A DNA stretch of 64,000 nucleotides, from positions 8,246,001 through 8,310,000 of the forward strand of contig OX597832.1 in the NCBI GenBank assembly GCA_951406725.2, given 5' to 3'. This document shows positions 13,392 to 27,471 of the stretch, piece after piece. The stretch's first letter is position 1; each line of letters starts with the position of its first letter. The stretch comes from Octopus vulgaris (Eukaryota). The notes beneath the pieces are model-generated. The model worked only from the letters and a program-made list of their open reading frames with translations, was not told the DNA's origin and searched no databases. The position numbers were made by a program, and so were the translations under genes.

Positions 13392-13540
13392 TTCACTATT
13401 TACATTTGGCGGATATTTGTCCTCATCTTGTTTGTTGTTAACACAACGTTTCGGCTGTTATAGCCTCCAGCCTTCTTCAGATGTCTTGAGGAAATTTCGA
13501 ACCTGGGTTCTCATTCATTAGGCATTTTTCGATGTTCATT
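13392..13540 (-). mobile_element. Penelope-like terminal-repeat fragment abutting a trinucleotide array
   Basis: Carries a hammerhead motif; sits between the mariner 5' region and the (TTA)n array. Confidence 0.6.
13440..13485 (-). ncRNA. Minimal type I hammerhead ribozyme motif
   Basis: Minus strand: GACAT CTGAAGA A GGCTG-gaggctataa-CAGCC GAAA CG T T GTGTT. Stem I GACAT/GTGTT (two G-U pairs), 5-bp stem II, palindromic ACGU stem III, GUU site. Confidence 0.7.
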
Positions 13541-13718
<178 letters not shown>

Positions 13719-14348
13719 CACATACACGCATGCACACTTGCACACACGCTTAGGTACCTATGTATTTTTGCCTATCTGAATATCCTTTCTATCTTTCCTA
13801 CGTTCTGCCTTTCTTCCCTTCCTTCCTTCCTTCCTTCCTTCCTTCCTTCCTTCCTTCCTCCCTTCCATCCTTCTATCCTTCCTTCCAGTTTTTACTTCCT
13901 TCCTCTCTTTCGTTCTTAGTGTTATTGTTAATTCCGTTATTCCTTACAACTTAAATTGTTAAATTTTTAGCTCCCCCTCTTTCATTATAGCCTTTATTTC
14001 CGTCTTTATAATGTATTTATTTTATTCTTTCCTGAATCCTTTGCAGATCACGGATATACTCAACCACATTCTCTTCCACTCCTTCTCTCGCTCTTAACCT
14101 CCCTCACATACCCACTTCACTCATTCACTCATTCACTCATTTATCAAAGAACTCATTCCCACACTCTACAGTTTTCCTTCCTATGTTCCATTTATGTTTC
14201 ATTTTCCAATCTCTCAATCCTTAAATTAAAGGTGCTGTGCTTATTTCTTCGACTCACCACTATATTTCTATATATACTTCCTCTATCACTATTATTACTA
14301 ATATTATCATCAGTATTATTATTAATATCATTATTCACTTTACTGTCT

Positions 14349-14566
14349 TTTACTCTTTTACTTGTTTCAGTCATTTGACTGCGGCCATGCTGGGGCACCG
14401 CCTTTTAGTCGAGCAAATCGACTCCAGGACTTATTCTTTGTAAGCCTAGTACTTATTCTATCGGTCTCTTTTGCCGAACCGCTAAGTCACGGGGGCGTAA
14501 ACACACCAACATCGGTTGTCAAGCGATGTTGGGGGGACAAACACACACACACAAACACAAACACAT

Positions 14567-14615
<49 letters not shown>

Positions 14616-14778
14616 ACGGACTTCTTTCAGTTTCCGTCTACCAAATCCACTCACAAGGCTTTGGTCGGCCCGAGGCTATAGTAGAAGACACTTGCCCAAG
14701 ATGCCACGCAACAGGACTGAACCCGGAACCATGTGGTTCGTAAGCAAGCTACTTACCACACAGCCACTCCTACGCCTA
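14349..14778 (-). mobile_element. SINE family A, full length
   Basis: Homologous to 2147-2551. Confidence 0.92.
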
Positions 14779-15498
14779 TCATTATTATTACCAATTTATT
14801 ACTTTGCGAACATGAAATCTTTGTTAATATCAGCTTTGATATTCTATGCGATTTTGTTCTTGTTCCTCCTTCACTTTTAGTTTTACTCTTCATTATCTTC
14901 GCTTCCTACATTTCTACTTGCAATTCTGTCGCTGCAGACACATACACTACTCACTTTCTAAAAAAATATTACTCCAGCATCACCTCTTTCTCTCTCAGAC
15001 TTTCTGCCTCGCTCTTTCTCCCTCTTCCGCATTCTCTATTTTCTCATTATTAATGACGTGATCACATGTGTACAGTTAGTTAACATAACAGATGCTTTCA
15101 CCTGTTTCTTCCGATATTTCTTGCTCTTCTTCATTAATATACTCTTCTTCTTCTTTCTATGATTCTTTCACCTTTATTCAAACAACCTTTGTTACTTTAC
15201 TTCTGTCAAGACACAACCCCCATTATTGCTCTATCCATTTCTGCTCATCTCTTTGTTTATTTATTCACTCTTTCCATCTGACTCTTATTCTCCCCTAGCC
15301 TCCTTCATTTTACCCTCTTCAATGTATATATACATACATACATATATACATACATATATACATACATATATACATACATATATAAATATATATATATATA
15401 CACGCACACATATATATATATACATATATATATATGAATATATATATATATATATATATGTATATGTGTGTGTGTGTGTATATATATATATACATATA

Positions 15499-15540
<42 letters not shown>

Positions 15541-15548
15541 TATATCTG

Positions 15549-16028
15549 AGCGCAGGAGTGGCTGTGTGGTAAGTAGCTGGTATACCAACCACATGCTTCC
15601 GGGTTCAATCTCACTGCGTGGCAACTTGAACTAGTGTCGTCTACTATAGCCCCGGTCCGACCAAAGCCTTGGGAGTGGATTTGGAAACTGAAACAGGCCT
15701 GTCGACCGCGTGTGTACCGTTGGCGATTTTTTTCCTGCATCTTCCCTTCCTTGGATCATTCCTTTTCCAATGTTTCTGTCGAAGAGCTCTGTTCTTCGTT
15801 AAATCCTCCTTCTTTCTTTTCTTTCCTGAGCGTCCATTAATACAATACTTGTTCCATGTCCTCGCGTTGTTTTGGGTTTTCATGTTTGGATTAACTATAT
15901 ATATATATATATATATATATCTGTGTGTGTGTGTGTGTGCATGTTTGTGTGTATGAGTTTGCCCCCCCCCCCACTACCAACACAACATCGCTTCAAACCC
16001 ATGCTGGTGTGTTTACGTCCCCGCAACT
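15549..16028 (+). mobile_element. SINE family A (plus strand), interrupted by a Penelope-like insert at 15696-15897
   Basis: Head GCGCAGGAGTGGCTGTGTGGTAAG runs to GGAAACTGAAA at about 15693 and resumes after the (TA)n/(TG)n at about 15960. Confidence 0.8.
15696..15897 (+). mobile_element. Penelope-like fragment with decayed hammerhead (15773-15803)
   Basis: Opposite-orientation homologue of 49785-49960; TTT CTGTCGA A GAGC-TCT-GTTC ttCGTT AAA (GAAA lost). Confidence 0.55.
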
Positions 16029-16029
16029 T

Positions 16030-16129
16030 TGCCGAACCGCTAAGTTAGGAGGACATTAACATTCCAGCATCAATTCTCAAGCGATGGCGGGAGGACAAAG
16101 ACAGACAGAGAGATACACACACACACATG

Positions 16130-16167
<38 letters not shown>

Positions 16168-16215
16168 TATATATATTCAACGGGCTTCATTCAGTTTCCG
16201 TTTACAAATTCCCAC
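16030..16215 (-). mobile_element. SINE family A internal fragment
   Basis: TGCCGAACCGCTAAGTTA...CAAGCGATG...CGGGCTTCATTCAGTTTCCG. Confidence 0.75.
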
Positions 16216-17416
16216 AATGTGTTTGCAGTGCCATTATTATTCATACTAACATTTGGGCTGCTTGATCGAGCCATTGATGTGAAAGACTGAAAAATACTAA
16301 CAAGCACACATAATTCCCACACAAACAATGACATAGATTGCCTCTACCTAAAAAGAAAACAAGGCAGCAGAGGCTTAACATTGATCCAAAATGCCTTTGA
16401 ATGTCGCATCATATCCCTTCGGCAACATCTTTTAATCACCAGATGTCGAAGAGCATCCCTTGACTATGTTTGCATAAATGAGGCTGATAACATCATAATA
16501 CTTGGAAGGCAGCTCCTGGAGCAACACTCTTTGTCTGATAATCTAGAATACAAGCCCAAATACGTCGCATGACTGTCGCGACGTATCATCAGATGAAAAG
16601 GTGAGTCCTATATGAACAGAACACTATGCATGGATATGCTGGTAGAAAACTCACTGATGATAGTAACAGCGGTCATCAAAGTAGTTTATCATGGTCAAAT
16701 AGCCGGATTACTACCTCCCACTTTGAAGTGTAGGCGTTTCAAATGAAGGAACAGGAAATACCAACCACGTACCTGATGCACAACAGGGATAGAGATGCAG
16801 GAAAAGTAATAAAGTATGACAACCGATGCAGACATTGTGGATTTCACACTGAAGAAACCACCCACACCATAGTCTGTTGTCCGAAAATGTCATCATCTAC
16901 CGATGACACATAACGTTGTAGCTAGGACACTCTATAAGGAAATTTGTTTGATGAATAACCCCGAGGACAAGGATTTAAGACCCCACGATATGGAAGAAAT
17001 CATAGCCACTCATAGTAAAACGGAATACTGGTGGAATGTACCAGTGAAGACCCCATTAAAATGTACGGACAACAGACCTGATATAATGATTTGGGATAGA
17101 GAAGAGAAACAGTGAAAATTGTGGAAATTAGCTGCCCAGTGTATGTTAACATAAAGCTGAAAATCGGTGAAAAAGAGAACACCTATGCTGAACTATTGAG
17201 AAATCTGCAATTACTCTATTCAGATTACATGTTCAGGTTTATACCTGTAATTATTGGAGCCTTGTAATATGTAGCTGTAAAAATCTGTAAAACTTTCCAG
17301 AAGTTTATCATTTAAATATATATAAGAGCATTCTAGATATGTAATTCTACGCATGGGAATACATACATAAAGGATACAAATCTGCACATACATACATACA
17401 TACATACATACATACA

Positions 17417-17450
<34 letters not shown>

Positions 17451-17800
17451 CATACATACAAACAACAATGCCCTGTTGTTGAAATTGCAATGAAGGGAAC
17501 TTGGACCTAGGTTAGAAACCAGTTCTTTCTCTATTGGCAGGAAATCTTGAAATAAACTGAACAACGGTATACATACAAAAAACCCTGTTAATGTTGAAAT
17601 TTTGGTGTAGGAGCCTTCGATCTGTTGGCAATAAATCTTGAAAATAAATGAACAATGACATACATACACACATACATTATAAACCTGCATGAATACATTC
17701 ATATAATAATACTTGATGTCGTTAAAATCCCAATGAAGGAGTCTTGGGTGTAGAAAATAGCTCCTTCTTTATTCACAAAAAATATCGAATAATGACATAC
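16216..17800 (+). mobile_element. Decayed R4/Dong-like LINE with restriction-like endonuclease (RT thumb, CCHC, RLE, 3' UTR)
   Basis: DCLYLKRKQGSRGL (DRLYxxRxxGGRGL motif), TMHGY, CRHCGFHTEETTHTIVCC (CX2CX8HX4C), HNVVAR, YWWN...NRPDIMIWDRE...IVEISCP...EKENTY...FIPVIIGAL; many frameshifts and stops. Confidence 0.85.
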
Positions 17801-18110
17801 ATACGTACATGAATACATACATATATACACCCATCCATCATACATGCACCAGTTGAAGTCAAAAGATTATTTAGAGTTGCACTAATGATGTTTGGCAACC
17901 TGTATTTCCATGTTATATTATTAATATCATACAACTTACACAATTCTTCTCCAATTGTTTATTCTTTATTTACTCATAAACATTAATCATGTATTATTTA
18001 TTTGACGGCTTTGTTAAGAAGAGGTGAAAAAATAGGATGTGGTGATATTTTACTCTACCTGTAGAAAACTCACACACATATATATATATATATTCGCATA
18101 TATATGTATA

Positions 18111-19003
18111 CTAGCTTAAAGTGACCCGCTCTACGCGTGGGTAAGAGTGTGGTTGTTACTTTCTTTTGCTTCCTTTCTGCTTTTTATCACCACATTCTCC
18201 ATCTTTGTTTCTCTCTCCTTTCTCTCTCAATTTCCCACTCTCTTACTCTTCATTTCTCTCGGACTTTCCCTCGCTTCCTCTTACTCTCTATCTTTCTCTA
18301 TCTATCTCTTTCCCATTTATAAACAACAAAAGATCTTGAGTAAGTTGAGAAAAATTATTTTGAAGGATCAATCATAAATATCAGGCAGTGACAACGGAAA
18401 GGTCTGCTTCAAGGCAGACAGCAAAACTCTAACATTTGAAAGGGACAGACGAACTTGCGAGCTGAATAAAAATAGAAAAATATTGGAAGCCAAAGTTTGA
18501 AGGGATAGAATCTGAGGATAGTAGAGTCAGCATGGCTGGCATTTCTTAACGACGGACAGCAACGTAGTTGCAGTTAACGGTTGGCGTAAAATTTTGAACT
18601 TGATGTAAAAGAAAATTCCGAAACACCAAGTTTTGAAGTGATTCTTCCTCACCACAGTAGAATCACTATGGCAAGCATTCAAAACTTCTTCATTATGGAA
18701 GGCAACACATTGACGATTTAAAGCCTGGCACAAATTTATTAGCTTGGTGTAACAGAAAGTTCCTAAACACCCGCTCCTGTAAATTTTAATCCCCTTCCAG
18801 CCCCATTTAGACCTCTTTTCACAATTTTGTTAATATAACCCGATTTCATTCGTGTCTACTCGGTCCACATTTTGTAAGATGAGGAATTTTGTCCTAGAGA
18901 TCACGCCTTTTATTTGAGGAAAAATATAGTTGCCATGCAAACTCGGCATAACTTTTAACATAGGTGTGCATATTTTCAGCTCAACCGACCACATAATGCA
19001 CAC

Positions 19004-19077
<74 letters not shown>

Positions 19078-19114
19078 TGTATGTATATATATATATATAT
19101 GCATATATACACAT

Positions 19115-19155
<41 letters not shown>

Positions 19156-19209
19156 ACGCGTTATATATACAAATGTATACAAATTATACTTACATATATA
19201 TATAGTAGA
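18111..19209 (-). mobile_element. Non-autonomous Helitron (probable)
   Basis: Minus strand ends with hairpin ACCCACGCGTAGAGCGGGT about 10 nt before CTAG followed by T (18111); candidate 5' end TCTACTATATA at 19209, preceded by T rather than the usual A; no coding capacity. Confidence 0.55.
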
Positions 19210-19974
19210 AATATGTTACGAAAATAAAATAAAATACACGTGGAAATCTAAGGGGAAAATATGAAAAATCAACGAAAATGCATATTGCAAATAGAAAAAG
19301 GCTAGTTATGACAGGTAGCGACAAACATATACATTTAGAATGACTGAGGTAGTAATACGAGTCATAAAGATCATTATTATGAGATGATTATAAGATGATA
19401 CTAAAAGAAGAGAACAAAACGAACCAATAGTTTACGCGAAGCTATTCATCGTTTGAACAACACCGGTTAATATACGGTGTCAGGTCTAATAGTTCCTATA
19501 TATATATAAATACAGATATATACACTTTGTATATATACATTATATATACATATTTATATATAGAACACACACACTCATATATATATTAACCCAATAAATA
19601 TCTGATTCATAATATTTGTTCTCATGGTTGTGTGGTGCTGGTGGTGATGATAATTGTCTCTATGAATGCAGACAGACGTAGAGAGAAGTAGAGAGAGAGA
19701 GAGAGAGATAGATAGAGAGAGAGAGAGACAGCGCTGGCGAAGCGGCGGGGGAAAGATAGTAGACGCTGTCAAAAGACGTTATAGAGAGGATGTGAAAGGA
19801 AGGGAGGAAAGAGAGAGAGACGGAGGAAGACAGACAGATAAGAGAATGAGAGAAGACGTGTCAAAGTGTGTGTTTTTTGCCCTCGTAACCACACCTTTTA
19901 AGATAGGGATTTCTAACCTAGCCCACTCACATCTTTACCTCATTTTACATGTCCCTGTAAATTGCTATATGTGT

Positions 19975-20175
19975 GTGTATTTTTGTGTGTGTATCTATTT
20001 GTGTGTGTGTCTATGCATGATAATCGATGTTGATTCTGTTTACATCCGCGTAAAATAGCGGTTCGTCAAAAGAGACCGACAGAATAAGTACTAGCCTTAC
20101 AAAAAATAGGTCTTGAGTCGATTAAAGGTGGTGCTCTAGTATGGCCGCAGTCAAATGACTAAAACAAATAAAGCA
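19975..20175 (+). mobile_element. SINE family A 3' half, decayed
   Basis: AGCGGTTCGTCAAAAGAGACCGACAGAATAAGTAC...GGCCGCAGTCAAATGACTAAAACAA. Confidence 0.8.
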
Positions 20176-21197
20176 ATAAAACAATATAATAATATATATA
20201 TACATATATACACCCATACATACACACACACACACATATGTATGTATATATGTACGTATAAAGGGAGGGGAAATGAATAAGCGATAGATAAATAGATAGA
20301 TAGATATGTGTATGATTCATCCATTTGTAAAGATAGTATTAAAAGCAAAGAGTATTCATTAATGGATCTTAGATTGTAATTAGATACAAGAAAAACATAT
20401 GTTTATATGCACGCGTACTACGTAACTTCACCAATGTACGACCGGACGACAGGTTCAAGTCCACCCACTAGAATCCAGATTAAATCTTTTTTTCATTCTG
20501 CGCTAGACTTCCCACGCTTTATATCATCCACACACTTGAGCGTATGCACAAAACGCGCTGATACACCGAACAGATATATCTCTAACACTCTTCGTTTATA
20601 CTATGACAGTTTTATCTCTTTCAATAGCAAAAAAAAAAGAAAGAAAAAAAAAGAAATTACTTGATCATGTTGTAATTTTAATACCCTTCATTTTCTACAT
20701 TCTGGCCAATTCCGTGTTAATCTCGTGTATCTTCTGCGTTCTATTTAAGCTCTTCCGTAGATCCCTTACTCACCAGTTCATTTTCGCTTGTTCTTCATAC
20801 TTAGTATAATTTTATATTTCCGTTTACTTACGATTGGCTGCAATCGTTCCTATTTGTTCGTTTACCTCAATTATTACACCTCTTCTACGCTCACGCTCCA
20901 TCCCACTCAACCTGTTATGTGCATTGATCATTTTCTCTCTGTTATAACTTTTCTAGACATTTTTCTTCCTTGCTGTATCATTAACGCTTTCTTAGGTACT
21001 GAAAAGAAAAAAAAAGAAACGAAAAGAAAATGAAATAAACTTCCTTATAATTCCATTTCCTTTTCATTGCATTTTATCTCATCGTATCACATGCGCACAA
21101 GCACTCACAATCACGCGGGGTCACGCTTACATTCATTCATTCACGCGGGGTTACGCATTCATACACACGTAGACACGAAAGTGCACACATATGCGTT

Positions 21198-21335
21198 CGC
21201 TCAGACGCGTATTTATACATATATACGTGTGCGTAGATACATGTATACACAGTATACACATATGCATACGCTCAGACGCGTATTTATACATATATACGTA
21301 TGCGTACATACATGTATACACAGTATACGCATATA
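21198..21335. repeat. 71-bp tandem duplication
   Basis: CGCTCAGACGCGTATTTATACATATATACG starts at both 21198 and 21269. Confidence 0.85.
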
Positions 21336-22479
21336 CACAACTTCACAGTCACACACAAAACTACACATTCACGTGCACATTCCCATATTCACGCAATTAT
21401 ACACATTCACAGAACATCAATAACAATTTCTTCGTGCCTCAACAATCATTTTACAACTATAGTTTGGCCGCAATGACTCCAATACATGATTCCTTTCCTT
21501 CCCCAACGTTTTTTCTTCTGAGAAAATTCTGCTATTAGCCGTTACCAACAGTTCACATTACACTATAACAAATGAAAGGGGAAAAAAAGCAAAAGAAACA
21601 AACAAAACACAAAAATATAGAAGCAAAAAGCAACGAAAAACACAAAAGATTATTACTACTGCTCTGTTATCTTTTTTAGCCCTGGGTCAATCGGTTCTTT
21701 CAAGGAATCACCATTTATCATGTCATGCTATCGGCACTCATTGTGACTGATGGCTTTCAAATTCTTTCCTTTCTCTCATCAGCGATCGTTGACAATGTGA
21801 ATGTGTGTGTCTCAAAATACACACACACGTGTGTAACTGTGTTTGTATGTGAATATCTCTGAGTTGCGTTTCGTGTGTGTGTATTTGTACATACACTGTA
21901 TTGTGTATGCGTCTATTGCAGATTTGGGAGGGCACATATTCAAAAGAATGCTACAAGCACTTGTAGGTGGAATTTAAAAATCGATTCTTAACAGACAATC
22001 TGACTTTTCGATTTTATTGACCTCAGAAAACAAGACAAGTGATAATAGACACAAGAAACTACTGACTATTTTATTTTATCTGAATATTTTGTTATTTTGG
22101 CTCCGGGGTGCCAAGTTCGCGACCTATTTTCTATTCCCAATTGGAACCTATTTATTTTTATGTTTATTCATCATCATCAACATCATCGTATTAAATCACC
22201 ACTATTGTTGTGGTAGCAGCTGTTATAGAGTTTTTTTTTTTTTGGCTGCTTTTGCTGTAAGTGAGAATTTTAATAAATTCTATTTGTGAAGAGCAATCGG
22301 ATCAAACATTTTTTGGTTTCCGGTGGTAAACAAAACTGGAGAGTGGGCTAATAAATCACAATCTACTTTTCAATTTTTTTTTCGCAAGTTTACAGCTTAT
22401 ACAACTAACTGAAGATATTCCTGAACAATAAGACTTCAAAACGTAAATCCGTAGCAAGGTAGCTACCGTAAATATACTA

Positions 22480-22875
22480 TTGGTTTCAAATATTGGCACA
22501 AGGCTAGCAATTTTGGGGGAGGAGAAAAGTCAGTTTCATCGATCCAGTGCTCAACTGGAACTTGTTTTATCGATACCGAAATAATAAAAAGGCAAAGTTT
22601 GACATCGGTGGAATTTGAAATCAGAACGTAAGGACGGACGAAATGCCGCTAAGCCTTTTGACCAAGGTACTAATGAACCTCACCAGCTTTATTTTAAATG
22701 TAATATTGGTTTCAGATTTTGGCATAAGGCTAGCAGTTTCGGGAAAGGGCTAAGTCGATTAGATCGACACCAGTGCTTAACTGGTACGTATTTTAGCGAC
22801 CCCGAGAGGATGAAAGGTAAAGTTGTTCTCCACGAAATATGTACTCAGAATGCAAAGACCAACGTAAAGCCACTA
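22480..22875 (-). mobile_element. Two tandem decayed SINE family B copies
   Basis: Both start TATTGGTTTCA.AT.TTGGCA.AAGGCTAGCA (about 22479 and 22704) and contain ACTGG.AC...TTT.CGA...GAAAGG.AAAGT. Confidence 0.7.
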
Positions 22876-23104
22876 GGCTTGTAGTACATGCTGCATCAAA
22901 CCAATACAAGCTTAGAAGATGAGAGAGTGCGGCTAGCTTTGCATACACCATACCCTTCAAAATAATATACATTTGATAGGATGCTTAGTATACAAAGATC
23001 TGAGCACCAACACCATCATACCTTTCTAGTAAGTCCAGTGATGATATGAAAAGCAGCGACGGTGTCAAGTGCAGGTCGTTAAAGGAAATTTTCAGATTTG
23101 GGCA

Positions 23105-23918
23105 TATAAAAGGTGGCCCAAAAGTAACAGGAGGGTTTTAATTTTTAATAATTCCCTTATTTTTACAAATAATTCAATATAGAGGAGGTAATGGAAGGTA
23201 ATTTGCAATAGTAAATTTCCTCATACCTCTGCATTACGTATGGAAAAGGCGTCGTTTAAATGGTCACCTTTTCAGCTTCACACATCCGTGACCTTTCCAA
23301 AATATGTTCCATGACAGCTGTAAGGGGTTCAGGGTCCAGTTCCTAGATTTCTCTAGTGATATTCTCCTTCAGTTGTTCCAGGATTTATCGTTTGCTGGTA
23401 CCCTTGAGGTACCCTACAATTCAGGGCTGGTCATATGTGGGCAAAGCGATGGTCAGTTGACATCGCAGGAGCGAGAGACAAATATCACTCGAAGATATTG
23501 CCTCAACAACTGTAGTGTTTCTCTGGCAGCATGAGCAGTTGCCTCATCTTGCTGGAACCACATATCGGGCCCATTTTCAATGGCGGGGTGCAAAAAGTTC
23601 TCGATTATGAACCTGTACCGCTTACCAGTCACCAGTTACAAAGCAGCATTCCATCATCGTCCTCAAACAAATAAGACCCGGTTATAACATCCACCGTAAT
23701 TGCACAACATAATGTACACTTTATGGAGTGCAATTCCCTTTGGGGCTCTCTGGGTTTGAATAACTGACCCACATGGGTTTGTTGTGCGGTGCTATATATT
23801 TTCTATAATTAATTTCCAGGACCAAATCCATAAAATCCCCGAAAAGGAAAAAAAAAGGTAAAAAAATAAAAGAATTATCAAAGATTGCAACCTCTCAGTC
23901 ACTTTTAGGACACCCTAT
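23105..23918 (-). mobile_element. Internally deleted Tc1/Tc3-like DNA transposon
   Basis: Imperfect TIRs AGGTGGCCCAAAAGTAAC and GTCACTTTTAGGACACCCT-ATA; minus frames give DMWFQQDE and ITGSYLFEDD. Confidence 0.7.
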
Positions 23919-25337
23919 AGTCAATGGTCGTTCTCTACAGATCTGGGGCAGATGCAGACACTACAGTGCCTGCCTATATCGCCACGCGTCGACGTGATGA
24001 CAGAATCCACCGTTTCGTGTATCTAAATGTATATTATCAAATATTACATTCACACTCTAATACTTTAAAGTCGGATTTGAGGGAGATTTTCGCTGCTGTT
24101 TACAGCAGGTCGTTTGTCTAGCAGCAAGTCTTTCTCTATGGCTCGTTCCTTCAGGTTTCAGCTTGTTTGTTTTATGCGAAATCAGAGCAAAGAAAATATA
24201 AATTTATGACAGCATCAATAATTCCATGCACTACAACACTTCTAATGTAAAATGTTAGCTGCTTATTAAACCTCTGTATTTATAAAGACTTTCTCGTAAT
24301 ATGTTTGACCCGCTATTTCTAGAAGCTCCGGTGACCGCTTAGTGGAGCACTTGCTTCAGTCAATATGTAGCTGTTGTTTTGCTAATACCTAATGCAGCAG
24401 GTCTCTGGTCAAAACATACCCATTAGATAATATTATCAGTTTTTTATTCAAATCTGATACATCTAAGTCCACGTTATACAAGGATTTTTTTCTTTTTAAA
24501 GATGTTAGCGCGTATTGTACTGAGACTTTCACTGTTATATCTAAAGTAGGTATTGCCTTATATAGACATGATGTTTTCAGGAATCAAATTTTGAAAACAA
24601 AAAAAATTAAATAATTAGAATGTAAATATATTTTGGAATAAGCAGTTTTTTTCAATAAAAACAAAACATTGTCAGTATATCACGCTTCGAATTAACGAAA
24701 ATAATTAAATATATAAGGTAAAATGATGCTCAAAAATGCAAGTAGGTGAAATCATACCATACATAAACTATACGTGATTTGCAATAAAAATTAAAGGTAT
24801 CTTTAAATATAGATGTTAGAAATACACAAAAAATTCACATAAGAAGGAAGCAGAGTGTGACAATAAAATACGAATACATGTATTCAGAGACTCACTGTAG
24901 ATATGCACATCTTTGGACACAAAAGAAAAAACGGCAGTACTTTGTTGGTGCTTTTGAACCTATATACATATAAGCATCTTGTGGTCATCTCGACACAAAC
25001 TCCAACCAATGTTTATTGTCTGTTTAGACCCACGATGGTCTTCAACCAGAATATTGCGCATAGTTTTTCCCTCCCACGCTTTTCTTCATCTCTCACCTTC
25101 TCTCTTCAGAAATTGAACCTCTGATTCGAGCGAAAAACAGCTGCTCAGTTCATACAAGTTAATCCATGAGTGGTCTGAAGCATTTCATAAGCTTCTCTGG
25201 CGTTGAACACAACCTATTAAGCAGTGCTGAATAGATTGTGTTCAACGTCTTGATACTGCTGCTGCATTCAATGTGGAATAACAAAAGTCAGTATGTCAGC
25301 TTATTAGAAGTATAGTAATAATATATCAAAATCACAA

Positions 25338-25845
25338 GGCGCGAGCTGGCACGAACGTTAGCGGTATTTCGTCTGCTGCTACGTTATGAGTTCAAATTCC
25401 GCCGAGGTCGACTTTGCCTTTCATCCATTCGGGGTCGATTAAATAAGTACCAGTTACGCATTGGGGTCAATATACTCGACTCAATCCATTTGTCTGTCCG
25501 TGTTTGTCCTCTCTGTGTTTAGCCCCTTGTGGGTAGTAAAGAAATAGGTATTTCGTTAGTCTTTACGTTCTGTGTTCAAATTCCGCCAAGATCGACTTTG
25601 CCTTTCACCATTTCGGGGTCGATAAATTAAGTACCAGTTACGCACTGGGGTCGATGAAATCGATTTAATCCGTTTGTTTGTCCTCTTGTGGGTAGTAAAG
25701 AAATAGGTATTTTGTCTGTCTTTACGTTCTGAGATCAAATTCCGCCGAGGTCGATAATTAAGAACCATTTGCGTACTGGGATTGATCTAATTGACTGGTT
25801 CCCTACCCCAAAAATTCGGGCTATGTGCCTAAAGTAGAAAAGACT
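25338..25845 (+). mobile_element. SINE family B, trimeric (core repeated three times)
   Basis: Head GGCGCGAGCTGGCA; CAAATTCCGCC.AG.TCGA recurs at about 25393, 25577 and 25736; tail GTGCCTAAAGTAGAAAAGA. Confidence 0.85.
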
Positions 25846-27019
25846 ATACTAAAATCACAGTGATCTCGGAAACTTAAGACTTCTTCTTCTAAAATAGTCT
25901 CAAACTTTCTAGCATGCATTTCGTACATGCCTTCATACATATACAAACACAAACAAGTGATTGCTGTTGCTGAAATAACAACATCAAACTGCTATATCGC
26001 GTGACCTTTCTCAACCAATCACAGGCTAACGTCCAATAGTAAACATTGACTCGCTGCAATGAAACTCTGATTCAGACCCTAATGGCCAAAGACTAGCCAC
26101 TCTCTTGAAACTCAGAGTACCAAGGAGTCTCAGTCAAACTGCTTTGATCTATGTGTGTGTGTATACATAATAATTTCATTCGGCTATTGACTCTGGATTT
26201 TACCCTATTAAGCTCATCCACGGGTACAGGATATCAGATCAAACTGTAATCCGGATGTTGTATGTTTTATCTAACACATACCGGAAATTCACAAATAACC
26301 GTTGTGTTTTTAAGATTATAAAGGAAAAGAAAATGAAGTGAGCAAGTATGTTTATTACATCAATTAACGATTACTGTTTTTTTTTTACCGGAATTCGATC
26401 GCATGAATATTGTTATATTGGTCAACACGTGACTGTTTAAGTGTGAATGAAATCACTCTTACCGAATCAGCTTCATCAAAATTATGTATAAAAGCCATTT
26501 GCCGTTAGAAATTAAACTATCACTAGTTTTCTATCACCCATATTGCGTTGGGCATGTTTACATTATTACATTTGCAATATTACAAGCAAAGACAAAAGAA
26601 TAAGTCACTGGTTTGGATTAACCGGTCACGAAGAATAATGAATATAAAAAGGGAATTGTCTCAATAATGAAGCAAAAACGTGGATATTGTTTTTAGCTGA
26701 TGTAATAATTTTGGGATTGTTATCAAGTTCTATATTACTCAATCTGTTTGAAACGATGGAATTTAAAACAGATAATGCTATAAAGATTAGTGTGTGAATA
26801 GTGGGTTAAGAAAAATCCCTTTGTATAAACAAAACCGAAGACAAGCTCCGACTTGTTCCTAGAGTTTTAAGAGAAAATTACATCATGTTCTCTGGAACTG
26901 TGTAAAATCATTGCGGCATCAGCTGAACACACACACTACACACAGATACACACACATACACGGATGCAGACATGCTTATATATATATATATAGATATATA
27001 TATATATATATATATATTA

Positions 27020-27190
27020 TAATTGAATTATTACTATGAAGCATTGAGTAGAATATATTGCATAAAGGATCGTAGGTAAGGCCACAAATACGCAAAGTAA
27101 ATCACAAGGAAACAAATATGTGAATTAAAGTGGACTTAACTTGTATTCAGTATTTCGGGGTTATGACCCCATTTTCAAGAAATTGAAGAG
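27020..27190 (-). mobile_element. Penelope-like fragment after (TA)n with degenerate hammerhead-like motif
   Basis: Minus strand: CTTGAAAAT GGGGT-CATA-ACCCC GAAA TAC; stem II and GAAA intact, core decayed. Confidence 0.4.
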
Positions 27191-27438
27191 TGTTGCCGAT
27201 GTGCGTGTGTGCGAGCGTGTGTGAAATGCAAGTACCCAGAAAGGTGTAGCTATAGCAACCAGCTAGCTTCTTGTGTGAAGGTGCTTATCTCCCCTTTGAA
27301 AACATAATGACATAGAAAATATCATGGCCAAGTGGAAACGATGTTTCCTAGGCCTAAATAGCAGTAGCATTCCTCCCTTTCATGGGACTTCCACATTAAG
27401 TTGGCAAAAACCATCACTTTATACATACATATATACAT

Positions 27439-27471
<33 letters not shown>

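Noticed and set aside
19345-19365. let-7-like TGAGGTAGTA
   Set aside because: Only 10 nt match and no precursor hairpin
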